Notes: generated from the letters alone by a model not told the origin. 64,000 bases of DNA from Leucoraja ocellata (GCA_036785375.1 JAWMAR010000102.1:4278001-4342000), one strand, 5' to 3'. Shown: positions 24,705 through 38,024, counted from the stretch's first letter. Numbers and translations: made by a program.

Positions 24705-26029
24705 GTAAGTGTTCAGTGTAACTGTTCTTAGTTACCATTATTGGGTCTTTGGCCTAAATTGTTAATTTTATTTCTCTTCACACAGATGCGGTCAGATCTG
24801 CCGTGTATGTCCAGCATTGTCTGATTTTATTGTACCATTAATGGTTTTGTATATGATTTGGATAACTCAGCATTTGATATTGAAATCATAATATAACACA
24901 GCATGGAAACAGTGGGGCCCCTTTTCACACTGTAATCGTTGCCCAGCTCATGGTCCATAGCCCACTGTGTCTAAGCGATTCAAGTGTTCATCTAGACACC
25001 TAAATGGTGTCAACAACCCAGCTTCAACCGCTCTGTGGGTGAAGAATGGCCCCTCAGATTCTCCTCTGAATCTCTTTTTCTCCCTTAAACATTTCTATCA
25101 AACTTAGCTGTGGGAAAATTCCTGACGTCTACCCTATCCATACTCAGAAATGTATATACCCAAATCATTTCTCCCCCTTAACCTCTGCTCCCCAGTGAGA
25201 AGAGAACTAGAGTTGTTGCATAACTGACCTGCTCTATCCCAGGCAACATTCTAGTGATTTTTTTTGCACCCTCTCCTTCACAGACGCACCCCTCTTAAAC
25301 CTTGGTGACCAGAACTGCACAAGATACTCCAGCTGTTGTCTGACCAAGTTGAAGCATAACCTCCCTACTTCTGTATTTACATACCCGTCTTATGAAGAAC
25401 ATTATCCCATATGCTTTCCCACCTATGTTGTTTACGTTTGTTGCCATCTTCAAGGATGTAAGGTAATCCAAGATCCAATCAAGCGCTTGTGCATTATTGA
25501 ATTAAAGTAACATCCTAAATTGTGATATGGTATGAGGAAGTGAATTGCAAAATACCAAACCTACACTTAAAAGGTCAACTCTCACGTATCTCTGAAGGGA
25601 GAAAGTTTTCCCCACACCCATTTTGAACTGAGTGGTTCATTCTTCATATCCATTGAATTGGGTTGAGAAGCTATTCCATTGACTTTAATCTTGTGCTTAC
25701 TAAGTATGTGCAATAAAAGCAGCTTTGCCAATATCACCCTCTGTATTGTATAGAAGTTATTTTTGTAAGAACTATATCTATTGTTCGAGAAAGAACTGCA
25801 ATGCTAGATAAAATCCAAGATAGACACAAAATGCTGGAGTAACTCAGCGGATGAAGCTAAAGAAGGGTATCGATCCGAAATGTCACCCATTTCTTCTCTC
25901 CATAGATGCTGCCTCATCGCTGAGTTACTCCAGCTTTTTATGTCTACCTGATACCTTTTGTTGGACATAAACTTAATAAATAACTGAAACTGTTTCAATG
26001 CTTTTTTTTAAATTCCTGTTGCATTTTAG

Positions 26030-26160
26030 GAGAAAGGAAACACTCCTCTTCATGTAGCAAGCAAAGGAGGACAGATTCTACAGGCAGAGCTGCTAGCAGT
26101 ATATGGTGCTGATCCCGGTGCCCCTGATGCCAATGGCAAGACTCCAAGCGACAATGCAAG
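26030..26160 (+). CDS. GIT2: GIT2 exon 6 (ankyrin)
   Basis: ttag|EKGNTPLHVASKGGQILQAELLAVYGADPGAPDANGKTPSDNA+AG|gttagc. 131 nt. Confidence 0.97.
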
Positions 26161-26569
26161 GTTAGCTAACTGAGAAACCCCTAGAAGTTCCCTCTCTTTT
26201 TGGCAGAGAAAACGTTACCCAACCTCACTGTCAAATGAATTGTTTTCCGGGATGCATTGTTATGAAATATTGAAGGCCATCTTGTACAACATTGGATCCA
26301 TTACCATTTAAAAAAATGTTGGGTTAATAATCATCTTTATGAACTTTCGAATGATTTCTAATTCAAATTCTGCAGATTTATTTGTTTCGAAGTCAGATCT
26401 TTCATGGTGAAGTAAAGCTTTTGAGTTGAAATACAAATGATTTGATTGAAGTTATTTAGAGTTTAATAGTTTATATTTAAATATTTTTGAGTTTGATTGT
26501 TTACTGAAAAAATATTTCAGGCTCACATTGAGTGTTATCTGAAGACTTTATGACATCAAGCTGTTGTTA

Positions 26570-27620
26570 AATCAACTACAGCTCGGCATTCAACACCACC
26601 ACCGCTAAACTCCTTATCAAACTTGGAAAACTGGGTCTCTGCACATCCCAATGTAATTGAATCCTCGACCTCCCAATCGAAAAACCACTATTAGTACAAA
26701 TTGGGAACAACAGGTCCTCCTTAATAACCATTAATGCAGGACCATCTCAAGGTTAAGTGTGCTCAGCTCCTTTCTCCAGTCTCTATGCCATTGACTGTAG
26801 CCATATTGAATAAATAATAGGCCATAGTGAGTCAGAGTACACGAGAGTGATCGATGGTCTGAATAGTGCTAGAACAACAATCTTGCTCTCAAAGGTAGAC
26901 AAAAGTGCTGGAGAAACTCAGCGGGTGCGGCAGCATCTATGGAGCGAAAGAAATAGGCAACGTTTCGCCCCGAAACGTTGCCTATTTCCTTCGCTCCACA
27001 GATGCTGCCGCATCCGCTGAGTTTCTCCAGCACTTTTGTCTACATTCGATTTTTCCAGCATCTGCAGTTCCTTCTTAAAAATCTTGCTCTCAATGTTAGC
27101 AAAATCAAGTTGCTCATTGTTTAGTTCAGGAAAGGAAAACAGAGGGTCCATAATCTATTTATTCATTCATAGACGGGACAGCAGCGGAGAATGTCATCTG
27201 CTTCATGTTTCTGGATGTACATATTCTGAAGATCTGTTCTGGGTTCAGTGCATTTGATGCAATCACACAAAAAGCTCACCAATGCCTCTACTTCCTTAAA
27301 AGGTTGAGGAGATTTGGTATGTCGCTAAATGCTCTATCGAACTTCTGCAGATGTACACTAGAGAGTACACTGGCTGCATCATGGTCTGGTTCGGGAATGA
27401 AGGGAATGAACTGGTAGACATCCTTCCCACCATCAAAGGGATCTACAGAAAGCGCTGCCTCAAAGGCAGGCAATAACATCAAAGATCAACACCAACCATG
27501 GCCACTCTCTTATCTCGCCACTTCCATTAGGAGGAAAGCACTGGAGCCTGAAAACCGTGACCACTAAGTTCAGGAACAGTTTCTTGCCAGCAACTATCAG
27601 TCACTTAAATACTGCATCAT
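26570..27620 (+). mobile_element. Rex1/Babar-type LINE fragment interrupted by a fold-back Penelope element
   Basis: DYSSAFNT RT motif (actacagctcggcattcaacacc), KAHQCLYFLKRLRRFGMS, and aacagtttcttgccagcaactatcag 3' motif. Confidence 0.85.
26895..27078. mobile_element. Near-perfect palindromic Penelope-terminus element
   Basis: gtagacaaaagtgctggagaaactcagcgg...aacgtttcg|ccc|cgaaacgtt...ccgctgagtttctccagcacttttgtctac. Confidence 0.85.
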
Positions 27621-28443
27621 GAAAGACTACCTCAGCAACTGATCTTCAATGGAGTTTGTTTTGGTTGCACTAAGGATGTGGGTTTTGTACTGGTATGACT
27701 AGAATTACTGATTATTAATTTATTGAATTATAAATATATTTCTGTGTTAAATGGCCTGTTAGGATGCAGCAAATAATAATTTCAGTGTTCTGTTGCCCTT
27801 ACCTATGAAAATTAAACACTTGACTATTGAAATGACAATAAACATTTGTGTCATAATCTTTGAAATAATTCAAATCAAATATGTTTTTGATGACATTTAT
27901 TCTGTGGAGTACAGGAAGAAAAGCAAGGATATGTAGTTCAAGTATCCAGTCCTGGTGTGAATCTTGACAAATTATTTCTGCATTTACATTTCTAAGATAA
28001 CATAAAGATGTACGGCAAAGGAGAGACTATGTTAACCAATGTGTGAGTTCTTTCAAAGACCTGTCCACTTAGTGACAATAACATGCTCATTTGCTCAGTC
28101 CATAAAAAATAAATCCTAATCTTCTGTCATCATTTAAATCCTGGGGGAAACCATTTCACCTTGACCACCATCTTAAAACCCCTCGTAACTTTTAACAACT
28201 GATAATTATAGGATAAAATAGGTTTTGTTAGTAATAGTCTCAGTTCACGGAAGAATGTGATTTATCTGTTTTAGCACCTGTTAATGTGGTATGCAAGTTA
28301 CTGTTTTAGTAATGACGATATATAATTGCATTGATCCTGCAAATTTTGATTATATCTACCTTTTTGTGATTGAAACATGGACATTCAAATTTAAATCGTA
28401 CTCTTTCTGCTGTGACTGACAAAATGATGTCTTTATTTTGTAG

Positions 28444-28538
28444 GCAAGCAGGACACCATGAGCTCGCAGATCGTTTGGTAGAAATCCAGTACGAACTCAC
28501 CGATAGACTAGCCTTCTTTCTCTGTGGAAGGAAACCAG
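28444..28538 (+). CDS. GIT2: GIT2 exon 7
   Basis: tag|QAGHHELADRLVEIQYELTDRLAFFLCGRKP+G|gtaggt. 95 nt. Confidence 0.97.
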
Positions 28539-28549
28539 GTAGGTTATAA

Positions 28550-28730
28550 ACACGAAAAGCTGGAGTAACTCAGTGGGATAGGCAGCATCTCTGGAGAGAA
28601 GGAATGGGCCTAGGTCTCAACCCAAAACGTCACCCATTCCTTCTCACCAGAGATGCTGCCTGTCCCGCTGAGTTACTCCAGCTTTTTGTGTCTACCGTTT
28701 AAATCAGCATCTGCAGTTCCTTCTTACACG
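28550..28730. mobile_element. Fold-back Penelope-like terminal element just after GIT2 exon 7
   Basis: aaaagctggagtaactcag...aaggaatggg / cccattccttc...ctgagttactccagctttt. Confidence 0.8.
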
Positions 28731-29225
28731 GGTAGGTATAAAAGTGCTTTGGAGAATCCTGATGGATTTTCTCACAGTTTATAGAAAAATGCAATTCTAA
28801 CCAATATTTGCCCAAGGGCTCCTCTGCAGAATGCAGTTTGACGTACCATGGAATGCGGGATGCAAGCCTGCACCTGTGTTTCTAGTGCATCAAACAACTA
28901 ATTATATAATACAGCAGTGTTTACAAAATATAGGCCAAGCATATCCTCCACAGAAATAATTTATGATTCTAGCAAATAATTCCACCCCTTTTCTGTGTGA
29001 TAAGAGCAAAGGGCGCATTAGGGGCAAGTGGGCAGAAATTAGAAGACAAATAAGATAAGGTGGGGAAGAAAATTTACATGTTGAGGAATGTTTTGAAACA
29101 AGAAGAGAAAGGACACAGTGCATTTATAGGCTGTGTTAAATTGACTGCAGCAAACGTTTTGATATGTCTTGCACTCATTTTTTCATGGTAAGATTTTTCT
29201 ACTAAATAATCTATTTGGAAGTTCG

Positions 29226-29532
29226 AAGAGCAGAATTAGGCCATTCGGCCCATCAAGTCTACTCCCCCATTCAATCATGGCTGATCTATCCTTCCCTCTC
29301 AGCCCCATTCTCCTGTCTTCTCCCATAACCCTTGACACCCATGCTAATCAAGAATCTGTCAGCCTCTGCCTTAAAATTAGCCAATGACTTGGCCTCCGCA
29401 ATCGCCTGAGGCAATGAATTCCACAGATTCGCCACCCTCTGACAAAAGAAATCCGTCCACATCTCCTTTTATTCTGAGGCCATGGCCTCTGGTCCTAGAC
29501 CCTCTCACTAGTGGAAGCATCCTCTCCACATC
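29226..29532 (-). mobile_element. CR1/HER1-type LINE 3' fragment
   Basis: gcagaattaggccattcggccc...gaattccacagattc. Confidence 0.8.
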
Positions 29533-29777
29533 CTGGTATCCACTCCACATCCACGGGTACCATTGGTTACAGCATAGAAACAGTGCACAACGAGGACTCT
29601 TAGCTATTTAAAGTTGCTACGTTTGCACGCACTAGCTGATTCATGCTGGTGCGATTGGCAGCTTCTGATTTGGTTTCTTGTTGTTTATCATAATTTTGCA
29701 CATGTATACAGTTTCATCATGCCCACTCTGCTTTTATTTAAAACGTAGCACTATTCAAGTATCTTGTTCCATTCCAG

Positions 29778-29823
29778 ATCACAAAAATGGACAGCACTTC
29801 ATAATTCCACAGATGGCTGAGAG
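29778..29823 (+). CDS. GIT2: GIT2 exon 8
   Basis: ccag|DHKNGQHFIIPQMAE+AG|gtgagc. 46 nt. Confidence 0.96.
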
Positions 29824-31419
29824 GTGAGCCAAAGTGTTTTATTGTGGCAAAGTATGAATTGGTGCTTGACTGTTATTGTGTGTGCGTGCGTGTCCACCGC
29901 TCACTACTGTCAGCTGTTGAGTTTGCAAGTGTGGTTCTGGAATCCCTGCAAGATGATCACTACCCACTGCTAATCTTGTTGAGACATGCACCTCCATTTT
30001 AAGCTGTGGCACTTGTGGTATAAGGAGTGCAGCTGCCTGGCTTTGGAATAATGTCTTGCAACAAGCAGTGAAACATGAACACAAAACACCATTGTTTTTT
30101 AAATGCTGTCTCTATGTATGTACGCTTATTTTCCTGTTTTAAATTCCTATATCCACGTTTAGGCATGAGAGGTGATGATTCAACCCAATTACTCTAATTA
30201 TATTGTTCCTGGTCAATCGCAAACCATTATTTATTGTACATCACCTTTCTCATATTCTCCCACCATCTGTTTATCATTTTTAACTCCACAAGTGTCAGTT
30301 TTTGTTTTGGTGAATATTGTCATGTAAATATGATGCATTGTTCATTTTTTGTTAGGTTATAACCTAACTTGGGATAAATATTTGGCAAACCTTATTTATC
30401 CCTTGACTTGTCATTGCTCTAATTTGTATTTAATTAACTGCTGCCCATACCCAATAACTTTTGAACCTCGCTTTTTACTAATTTAATTTCACAGTCAACA
30501 CTTTTCTCAATTTTATAAAGAAACTTAATAAAGCACTGAGAAACACAAGACAATATAAGTTACCTTTTTGTTTTGTGCACTTTAGATCAACTTTTGTAAC
30601 TATGGTATGACTAAATTATAATATCAAGATGATAAAATAATAACTGTGCATATTATTGCAGAAGTAGTGTTTGTATTTGCAGTGCTAGTTCCACACTACT
30701 AGGAAGTGAGATGGAGCATGGCCTGGAGCTCTCAAATGCAGCTTTTGCTTTTGCATACCTCCAAACCTGTCCTATCCATGTATCAGTCTAACTTTTTCTT
30801 AAATGTTGCGATGGTCCCTGCCTCAACTACCTCCTCTGGCAGCTTGTTCCATACACCCATCACCCTTTGTGTGGATAAAGTTACCCCTTAAAAAGTTACC
30901 TCTTAAAAATACATCATACAAAAAACATTGAAATCATACTCCTACAGTGCACTAAAACCTTAATATTTGAACATTTGTTCAGTATATCTTTTTACTTTAA
31001 ATGACATGCAATATATTCCCTTTGAACATAAAGGTGCAGCCCACTTAATTACAGCAATGGCTTTTGTTCTTTGGGTGCGGCATTGATCCAATTATTTCAA
31101 TGAATAAAATAGACCAAAGATAGACACAAAATGCTGGAGTAACTCAGCGGGTCAGGTAGCATCTCTGAAGAAAATGGATAGGTGGCGTTTGGGGTTGTGA
31201 CCCTTCTTCTGACATAGAAATGGAATGAAATAGACCAGTTGCTGCCATCTGCTGGATCAATGAGTTTGTGCAGCTTAGTTATAAAACTGAAAAGGAAACT
31301 GCCAAATACATAACAAGGGAGTTTTGTGCTACAAATAATTAAATGTGGATTGAGAATTGAATTCAATTGAAGTTTCCACGTGAAAATCGCAGTCATCTTG
31401 GATTACAGAATTTGAGGAT

Positions 31420-31960
31420 ACAGGTGCAAGGATCTTCCCCATTTTGAATTTTATACACTTTTGGTCATCTTGCACGGAAGGATATTGTTGATGTGGAGAG
31501 AAATCAATGAATATTTACTGGACTATTTAACAGGATGGGAAAGCGGAGGTTCATGGAGCGATCGGATTGGTCAGGGTTATAATTAACAGTGTATAGAAAA
31601 ATGTATACAGAATATATCATAGAAACCTATAAAATTCTAACAGCACTAAAATGACTAGTTGCAGGGAGGATGCTCCAGGTCTCTGGAGTGTCGGGATCCA
31701 GGGGTCACAGCCTAGGGAAACAGGCAAGCCATTTAGAATTATCATCGAGAGAAACCTCCACTCGGAGCGTGGTGAATCTGTGGAATTCTCTGCCACGCCA
31801 GCAACAGAGGATATTCATGAAGGAGTTGATATATTTCTTAATGTCAGAGGGATATTGGGGATAAGGTGGTGAGGAGTATTAAAGTGGATGATCAACCATG
31901 ATCTTGTTGAGTGGAGGAGCAGACCCAAAGTGATTAATGGTGCTCTTATTTTCCAAGTTT
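31420..31960 (+). mobile_element. Old CR1-type LINE 3' fragment
   Basis: tagaaacctataaaattct and gtggtgaatctgtggaattctctgcc (VVNLWNSLP). Confidence 0.7.
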
Positions 31961-33769
31961 CTATCCCCCGAAAAGTTGTCTTTAAAGGCATAGGTCACAG
32001 TTCACTCTGGATGTGACACAATCTCCTGGTCCTCTTTCACCTATTTCTCCCTCTTCACATTTTGCTCCCCTTCCACCTTATCTTACATTCTTCTGACAGA
32101 TGGGTGGACAAAGGCCAGAGATAAAAAAGGGACAACCAAATGTCCTCCTCACCTGTATCCACATCCTATCACTTACACGGGCTTTCGCCAACACCACCTC
32201 TTATCCAACCCCCTCGCCCCCCCCCCCCTCCCAACTATCCATCTGAAGAAGTATTCCAACCCAAAACATCACCAATCAGTGTCCTCCAGCGATGCTGCCT
32301 GACTTGCTGAGTTACTCCAAAACGTTTTTTATAAACCGGCATCTGCAGCTCCTTGTGTCATTATTAAATGGATCTGTCCTCCAATTCTGTTTTATTTTGT
32401 TTATCCATGAAAAGTTCTTTGTGCAGGATGGAACTGCAGATGCTGGTTTAAACTGAAGATGGACACAAAATGCTGGAGTAACTCAGTGGGCCAGGCAACA
32501 TCTCTGGAGAGAAGGAATGGGTGACGTTTTGGGTCAGGCTAGTCTGAAGAAGTGTCTCTCTATCCAAAACATCACCCAAACGTTCTTTGGGTTCTATGTA
32601 ATTGAAACATGTAGGATTTTGAGAGGACATTACAGGGTAAACGTTGAAAGCTTTTTTTGCTTCATAAGGGGAATTCGGAATTATTGGGTGTGGACAACAA
32701 GCTGCCTCCCATTCAAGCTGGCAATGATGTCATTTCCTATCATAGAAGATCGTCAATATTTGAAATCCTCTCACCAGAAAGCAGTGGAGGTTGAGTCATT
32801 GAACATATTCAGAGCCAAGATAGAAATTGTTCTGTGCAAGGGAGTCGAGAGGTATGGGAAAAACACAGAGAAGTAGAGCTGAGGCCAAAATCAGATTTCA
32901 TGATTTTAATGAATTGCACTGTCTGCTCAATGGTTCTTGTCTCGATTTTGCTGCTTAATGGCTGTTTGACTGACTCACAATTGTTTGTGCGCTGATACGG
33001 AGATTTTCAGTGACATCCAATGCCTTAATGGAATTAATCACAGGTTTATCAGAGAAAAATACAAACAAGAGGACCAAGCAAACACTGCTATCTCTGTCCC
33101 TGAAGTACAATAATGCTTCATTATTTTCCATTCTATCAATTGCCTTCTTCAATGATTTTTCAATCAGCATGTGGCATCTGAATCAATTGGCTATATTCCA
33201 AGCATAGATTCAAGTGTGCCTTGTGAATGTACTTTTACATTGCGCAGAAAGGATTGGAAGTGAAGAAAACAAAAGATCTACAGTAAGGTAGACTTCTCTG
33301 CAATGTAAAACCTGAACCATTTCTAACTGATCAGTACTAATGAAAGGTCATTAGTCAGAGATTTAGTTCTGTTTCTCTCCATAGACATCGCTGAGAATTT
33401 TCAGCTTATAATTGTAGAATTCAAGCACCTGCAGCATTTTGGTCTGAAGAAGGGTCCTGACCTGAAACATCACCGATCCTCTTTCTCCAGCGATGCCGCC
33501 TGACCAGCTGAGTTACTCCATTATCTGTGTCTACCTTTGGTATGAACTAGCGTCTGCAGTTCTTTTTTTCTGCTGTATTCTTCATCAGTAAGTCCCGTCA
33601 CTGATCTTGAGAGATGATGTGGCTGCTGAAAGCACCATGGGCAATCTTGAGCTTGCCATTGCATGCGGCCCACCAGATTATCACTGGCTGATAGCTGAAT
33701 CTTTCAGAGCAATAGCAGAATTTTACCTTGATCAGATTGCTGTGTATAGGTATATGATCAAAGATTGTG

Positions 33770-34272
33770 GAGGAAGGAACTGCAGATGTTGATTTACACC
33801 GAAGATGGACACAAAGTGCTGGAGTAACTCAATGGGACAGGCAGCATCTCTGGAGAGAAGCAGTGGATGATGTTTCGGGTCGATCATATTTTGCTTGGGC
33901 AGCTTACAACCCAGCAGTATGAATATTGATTTCTCTAACTTCAAGTAACCCTTGCTTTCTCTCGCTCTCTCTTTCCCTCTCTCTCTGTCTCTCCCTCACC
34001 CTAGTTCTCTGACTATTTCACTGTTCTGATTAATTACAATTATATTTTACTAATATTATGCCTTGTCACCTTCACCATAGCTAACAATGTACCATGTCCT
34101 TATCACTGTCTGCTTTGATCTATAGTTTTCACACCTTACCCTACCATGTCTCTAGTCTCCCCCTCCCCTGACTCTTAGTCTGAAGAAGGATCTCGACCTG
34201 AAACGTCGCCCATTCTTTCTCGAGAGATGCTGCCTGTCCGGTTGAGTTGCTGCAGCTTTTTATGTTTATCTA
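33770..34272 (+). mobile_element. 5'-truncated Penelope-like element with inverted 5' terminus
   Basis: Inverted terminal copy, then HIFCLGSLQPSSMNIDFSNFK* ORF end, then 3' terminus CTGAAGAAGGATCTCGACCTGAAACGTC at 34180-34207. Confidence 0.85.
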
Positions 34273-35114
34273 TGGTCAAAGATTGTTGACCTCCTAGATC
34301 AGCGTTTCTCCTTTCCGTTAGAATGAAATGTGCGTGCATTGTATGCAGGAATTAATCAAAGTATTAATCAGTGTGTGAATTGATTTCACGCAGTTTATGC
34401 TTCTGTCATATTGTAAATGTTGGTAATGTTATTGCATAAACTCAATAAATATCTTTCCACTTATTTCTTGAATGCAACCCTTTGGAATAAAGGCACCTGT
34501 AAGTAATACATAACTATATAATTACTAGGTCCAATAGCTGATGATGATCAGTTTAATGTCAACAAAGATACTTGTATTAAAGTCCATGTGTGTTGTGATC
34601 CTTATCTTTAATGGAAAAACATAAGTCTGTGATTCTCATCCCAGATTGTGTCTCTGATGATCAAATTCTCGGGGGAGAGATTTGAATCAAGATAATATTA
34701 TTAGTGATGTTTCAGTGCTCGCTCTGTTTGCGTATTTTGAAATAACTTGACCATGACCACGTTTTTTTTTAATTAAGAATCAACTATGCATGCAATGCGG
34801 TAAATAGTCACTTCGTATTATGATATGTTCAATGTTGTTGCTATGATGCACCTTCAATTACTGGGATGAACTGTTACAGTAAACACAAACACAATACATT
34901 CCTCCAAATGTGTTGGGTTGGTTCTTATTTGAATGAGGCTGTCTAATAATGTAACAATACATAGTATAAGTACAAAGCCCATTCTCAGCAATGCTGCAGC
35001 CCAGAATAGGGGCTATACCAATTGGAAATAAGTATAACAGAAAAACTAAAAATAATAACAAATAGTGTTTATCTTACTTCATTAACACTGATATTCTTTA
35101 TAATTTGTCTTCAG

Positions 35115-35166
35115 TAGTTTGGACTTGTCAGAATTAGCAAAGGCAGCAAAGAAAAAACTTCAATCG
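35115..35166 (+). CDS. GIT2: GIT2 exon 9 (NAGNAG acceptor)
   Basis: ttcag|tag tandem acceptor, then SLDLSELAKAAKKKLQS|gtaagt. 52 or 49 nt. Confidence 0.96.
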
Positions 35167-35394
35167 GTAAGTTTTCTTTGATTTTGACACTGATGTGGTT
35201 TGCGGCGGAAAATGATCGTCATACAGCATTGAGCTTGAAACCAAGGCCTAGTCTTAATTTGTTCTCTTTTGCACACAATCCAAGAACATTGGTTTCCTTG
35301 TCAACTCGTCAAAACCGCCATCTCTTCTCAGCTTATCTTTACAGCCTGGTCATTCCTCCTCTTCCCCTCTCACATCAGGCAGAATATACAAAAT

Positions 35395-35710
35395 CTTAAA
35401 AGCACATACCTTTCAATTCAGGAACAGCTTCTTCCCTGCTGTTAACAGACTACTGAATGGTCCTTCCATAAGCCAGTGTGTAGTCCCGATCTCCCACGCT
35501 ACCTCTTTGAGGACCTTGCACTTGTTTTTATTTGCACTTTCTCTGTAACGGCAACACTATTAAGCTGTAACACTATATTTTACCATGTGACATTTTTCTC
35601 TTTGCCTACATGTTGTAATGTGAAGGGCATCATTGCACGAGTACAGTTTGATTTGACTGGATAGCACACTAACCTTTTCACTGTATCTTGATACATATGA
35701 CAATATAACA
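35395..35710 (+). mobile_element. Rex1/Babar-type LINE 3' end
   Basis: ttcaggaacagcttcttccctgctgttaacagac...cttttcactgtatcttgatacatatgacaata. Confidence 0.65.
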
Positions 35711-36419
35711 ATACAATTACCATTTTACAGCTGCATTTACTATTTGGCTTGCTTGGTTGGCCTTTTGATGCAGTAACCCCATTCACCAGATCATTACATA
35801 ATTGCTCTTTGAGGTTTGAAAGCAAGTAAGAATTGTTTTCCTAATTTGCAACCAGAGCTACAAGAAAGGAGGTGTAGCCTTTCACAAGAAGCTAAAAATG
35901 GCTATGTCTATGCATGTTGCATATGCAGAACAGAAAGTAGGCATGTTTTGCATGTACCTTCCTTCCCACCCACCTACTTTGGTGTCATCCTCAGCTCTTG
36001 GTGACCCTTCCCTTATCCTTCCACGACAAAGCCCACCCTTCCCATCGCTTCTCCACACCATCCTATCTCTGCGAGCTGATTCCTCTCCCCCTCCCCCTTG
36101 CTCTCACAACCACCTTGTTCTTATATAGACCTGTTAGCATGTTTGTGAGTGGTGACAGATAACCTCCAGAGTATTACTATTCTGTTTGTGAGGCATTCAA
36201 ACTCCTTCTTTTTCTTTGTACTGTACATAAGAAAGTAGAAGGAAGGAATTGAGGATTTTGCTGAGAGTCAAGATAGATACATTTATTTTTGACTGCTAAT
36301 TTTCAGAAACAGGAACTTGGTGTCAAACCTGCAGTTTTTTAAAAATCTATTACATGCAACTTATTTTTGTTTTAGTTACATTTTATACTCTATTTTTCAA
36401 ACTATCCCAATTTAATTTG

Positions 36420-36625
36420 AAGACACAAAGGGCTAGAGTAACTCAGTGGGCCGGGCAGCATCCCTGACGAATATGGATAGGTGACGTTTCTGAGGTCCGA
36501 AGAAGGGTCCTGACCCGAAATGTCACCTATCCATGTTTGCCAGAGATGCTGCCAGATCCGCTGAGTCATTCAGCCCTTTGTGTCTTTTCTATTTAAACCA
36601 ACATCAGCAGTTCCTTGCTTCTCCA
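36420..36625. mobile_element. Fold-back Penelope-like terminal element
   Basis: agacacaaagggct...atggataggtgacgtttc / gaagaagggtcctgacccgaaatgtcacctatccat...agccctttgtgtct. Confidence 0.8.
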
Positions 36626-36719
36626 ATTTTATTAAATGTTATTTTTAAGTGGGTTCTCAGAGTTTATGTAGTTGCATTTTAATTTATCTCAGCAGTACAA
36701 TAATTCTTTTTCTTTCTAG

Positions 36720-36792
36720 TTAAGTAATCACTTATTTGAGGAGCTAGCTATGGATGTATATGATGAAGTAGATCGTAGAGAAACCGATGCAG
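36720..36792 (+). CDS. GIT2: GIT2 exon 10 (Spa2 homology domain)
   Basis: ctag|LSNHLFEELAMDVYDEVDRRETDA+G|gtgagg. 73 nt. Confidence 0.97.
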
Positions 36793-37266
36793 GTGAGGCT
36801 TCTGCTGTAAACTTTGTCTTAATATTGTAATGCTGCTTTTCTGAAATAATGAACATACCTGTTAGATAACCTGTTTGGAATTCCCTATGGATTTTTTGAA
36901 TTCATTTTAATATGCACAAGTTGTTCTCATTAATCAGCTTGTTTTCCCAGAACAGTTTTTCTAAATTAATGAAATTGCCCAAAAGCAGTGATTTCACTGT
37001 AGGGGTGAAAATACAAATAGTTTTGAAAAATTCATTGATCATTTTGAACAGTTTACTTGACTTCCTGTTATACTGCAGGAGGATGAAAAGGGAAAGCATG
37101 AATTTGAAATAATTTTTTTACGATAATGGAAAGGTCATAAAATGGCCCTGAAGTTATTATTTGTCATTTCTTCGAATCATTGATCAATATAGGCTAGAAT
37201 GATTGCTTTGAACTTCGATGTTTTGTCCAGTGCTGCAATAAAATTAAATGATATTTCTATGCACAG

Positions 37267-37364
37267 TTTGGCTAACGACTCAAAATCACAGCACCCTGGT
37301 CACAGAAACAACGGTCATTCCCTTCCTTCCTGTGAATCCAGAGTATTCCTCAACTAGAAATCAG
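37267..37364 (+). CDS. GIT2: GIT2 exon 11
   Basis: acag|WLTTQNHSTLVTETTVIPFLPVNPEYSSTRNQ|gtgagt. 98 nt. Confidence 0.97.
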
Positions 37365-37524
37365 GTGAGTCTTATTTATGTGTAAACTTGTTAAAAGTGA
37401 GGGACATGTCAAATGAATGATCACATTTTCAAATTGTTGTTTACATTGGTTGAAGAATGGACAGTCAATGCCACTTGAATAAATCCACAGAAATCTCCAT
37501 TAGATTTTCAGAATTGTTTGGTTA

Positions 37525-37816
37525 AGAGTGTAGAGAAACAGGCCCTTCGACCAACCGAGTCCACACCGACCATCGATCACCCGTACACTATGTTATCCCA
37601 CTTTCGCACCCTACACTTTAGGGAGCATTTACAGAAGCCAATTAACTCACAACCCTGCATGACTTTTGAATTTTGGAAGGAACCAGAGCACCCGGAGAAA
37701 ATCCATATGGTCACAGGGAGAACGAACAAACTCCATAGTCAGTACCCGTAGACAGGATTGAACCTGGGTCTCTGGCGCTGTGAGGCAGCAGCTCTACTGC
37801 TGCCGCACGGTGCCAC
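37525..37816 (-). mobile_element. V-SINE (HE1-like)
   Basis: Same consensus as 551-856. Confidence 0.85.
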
Positions 37817-38024
37817 TTTTATCTTTAATTTAGGTTTAGTTGTTTTCTGTTGCTAGATTTCATACTTGTTACCGTGAGAAAAGAAATCTGAAGCTGATAT
37901 TGCATGTCATGAAGTTCACTTATTTAATTTTTTTCTTGTTCTTTCATGAATAAGATGCTTGCTACTAAGATCGTGTACGTAATTTCGTGTATATCTCTTT
38001 TGTTTTGACTTGTTTTGATTGCAG

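Noticed and set aside
33248-33287. Cryptic exon gcag|...cagtaag|gtagac in intron 8
   Set aside because: 40 nt, frame-shifting, has an in-frame TGA, and abuts a TE fragment.
34541-34660. Possible C/D box snoRNA (ATGATGA...CTGA)
   Set aside because: No convincing terminal stem or recognisable rRNA-antisense element; such boxes arise by chance in AT-rich DNA.
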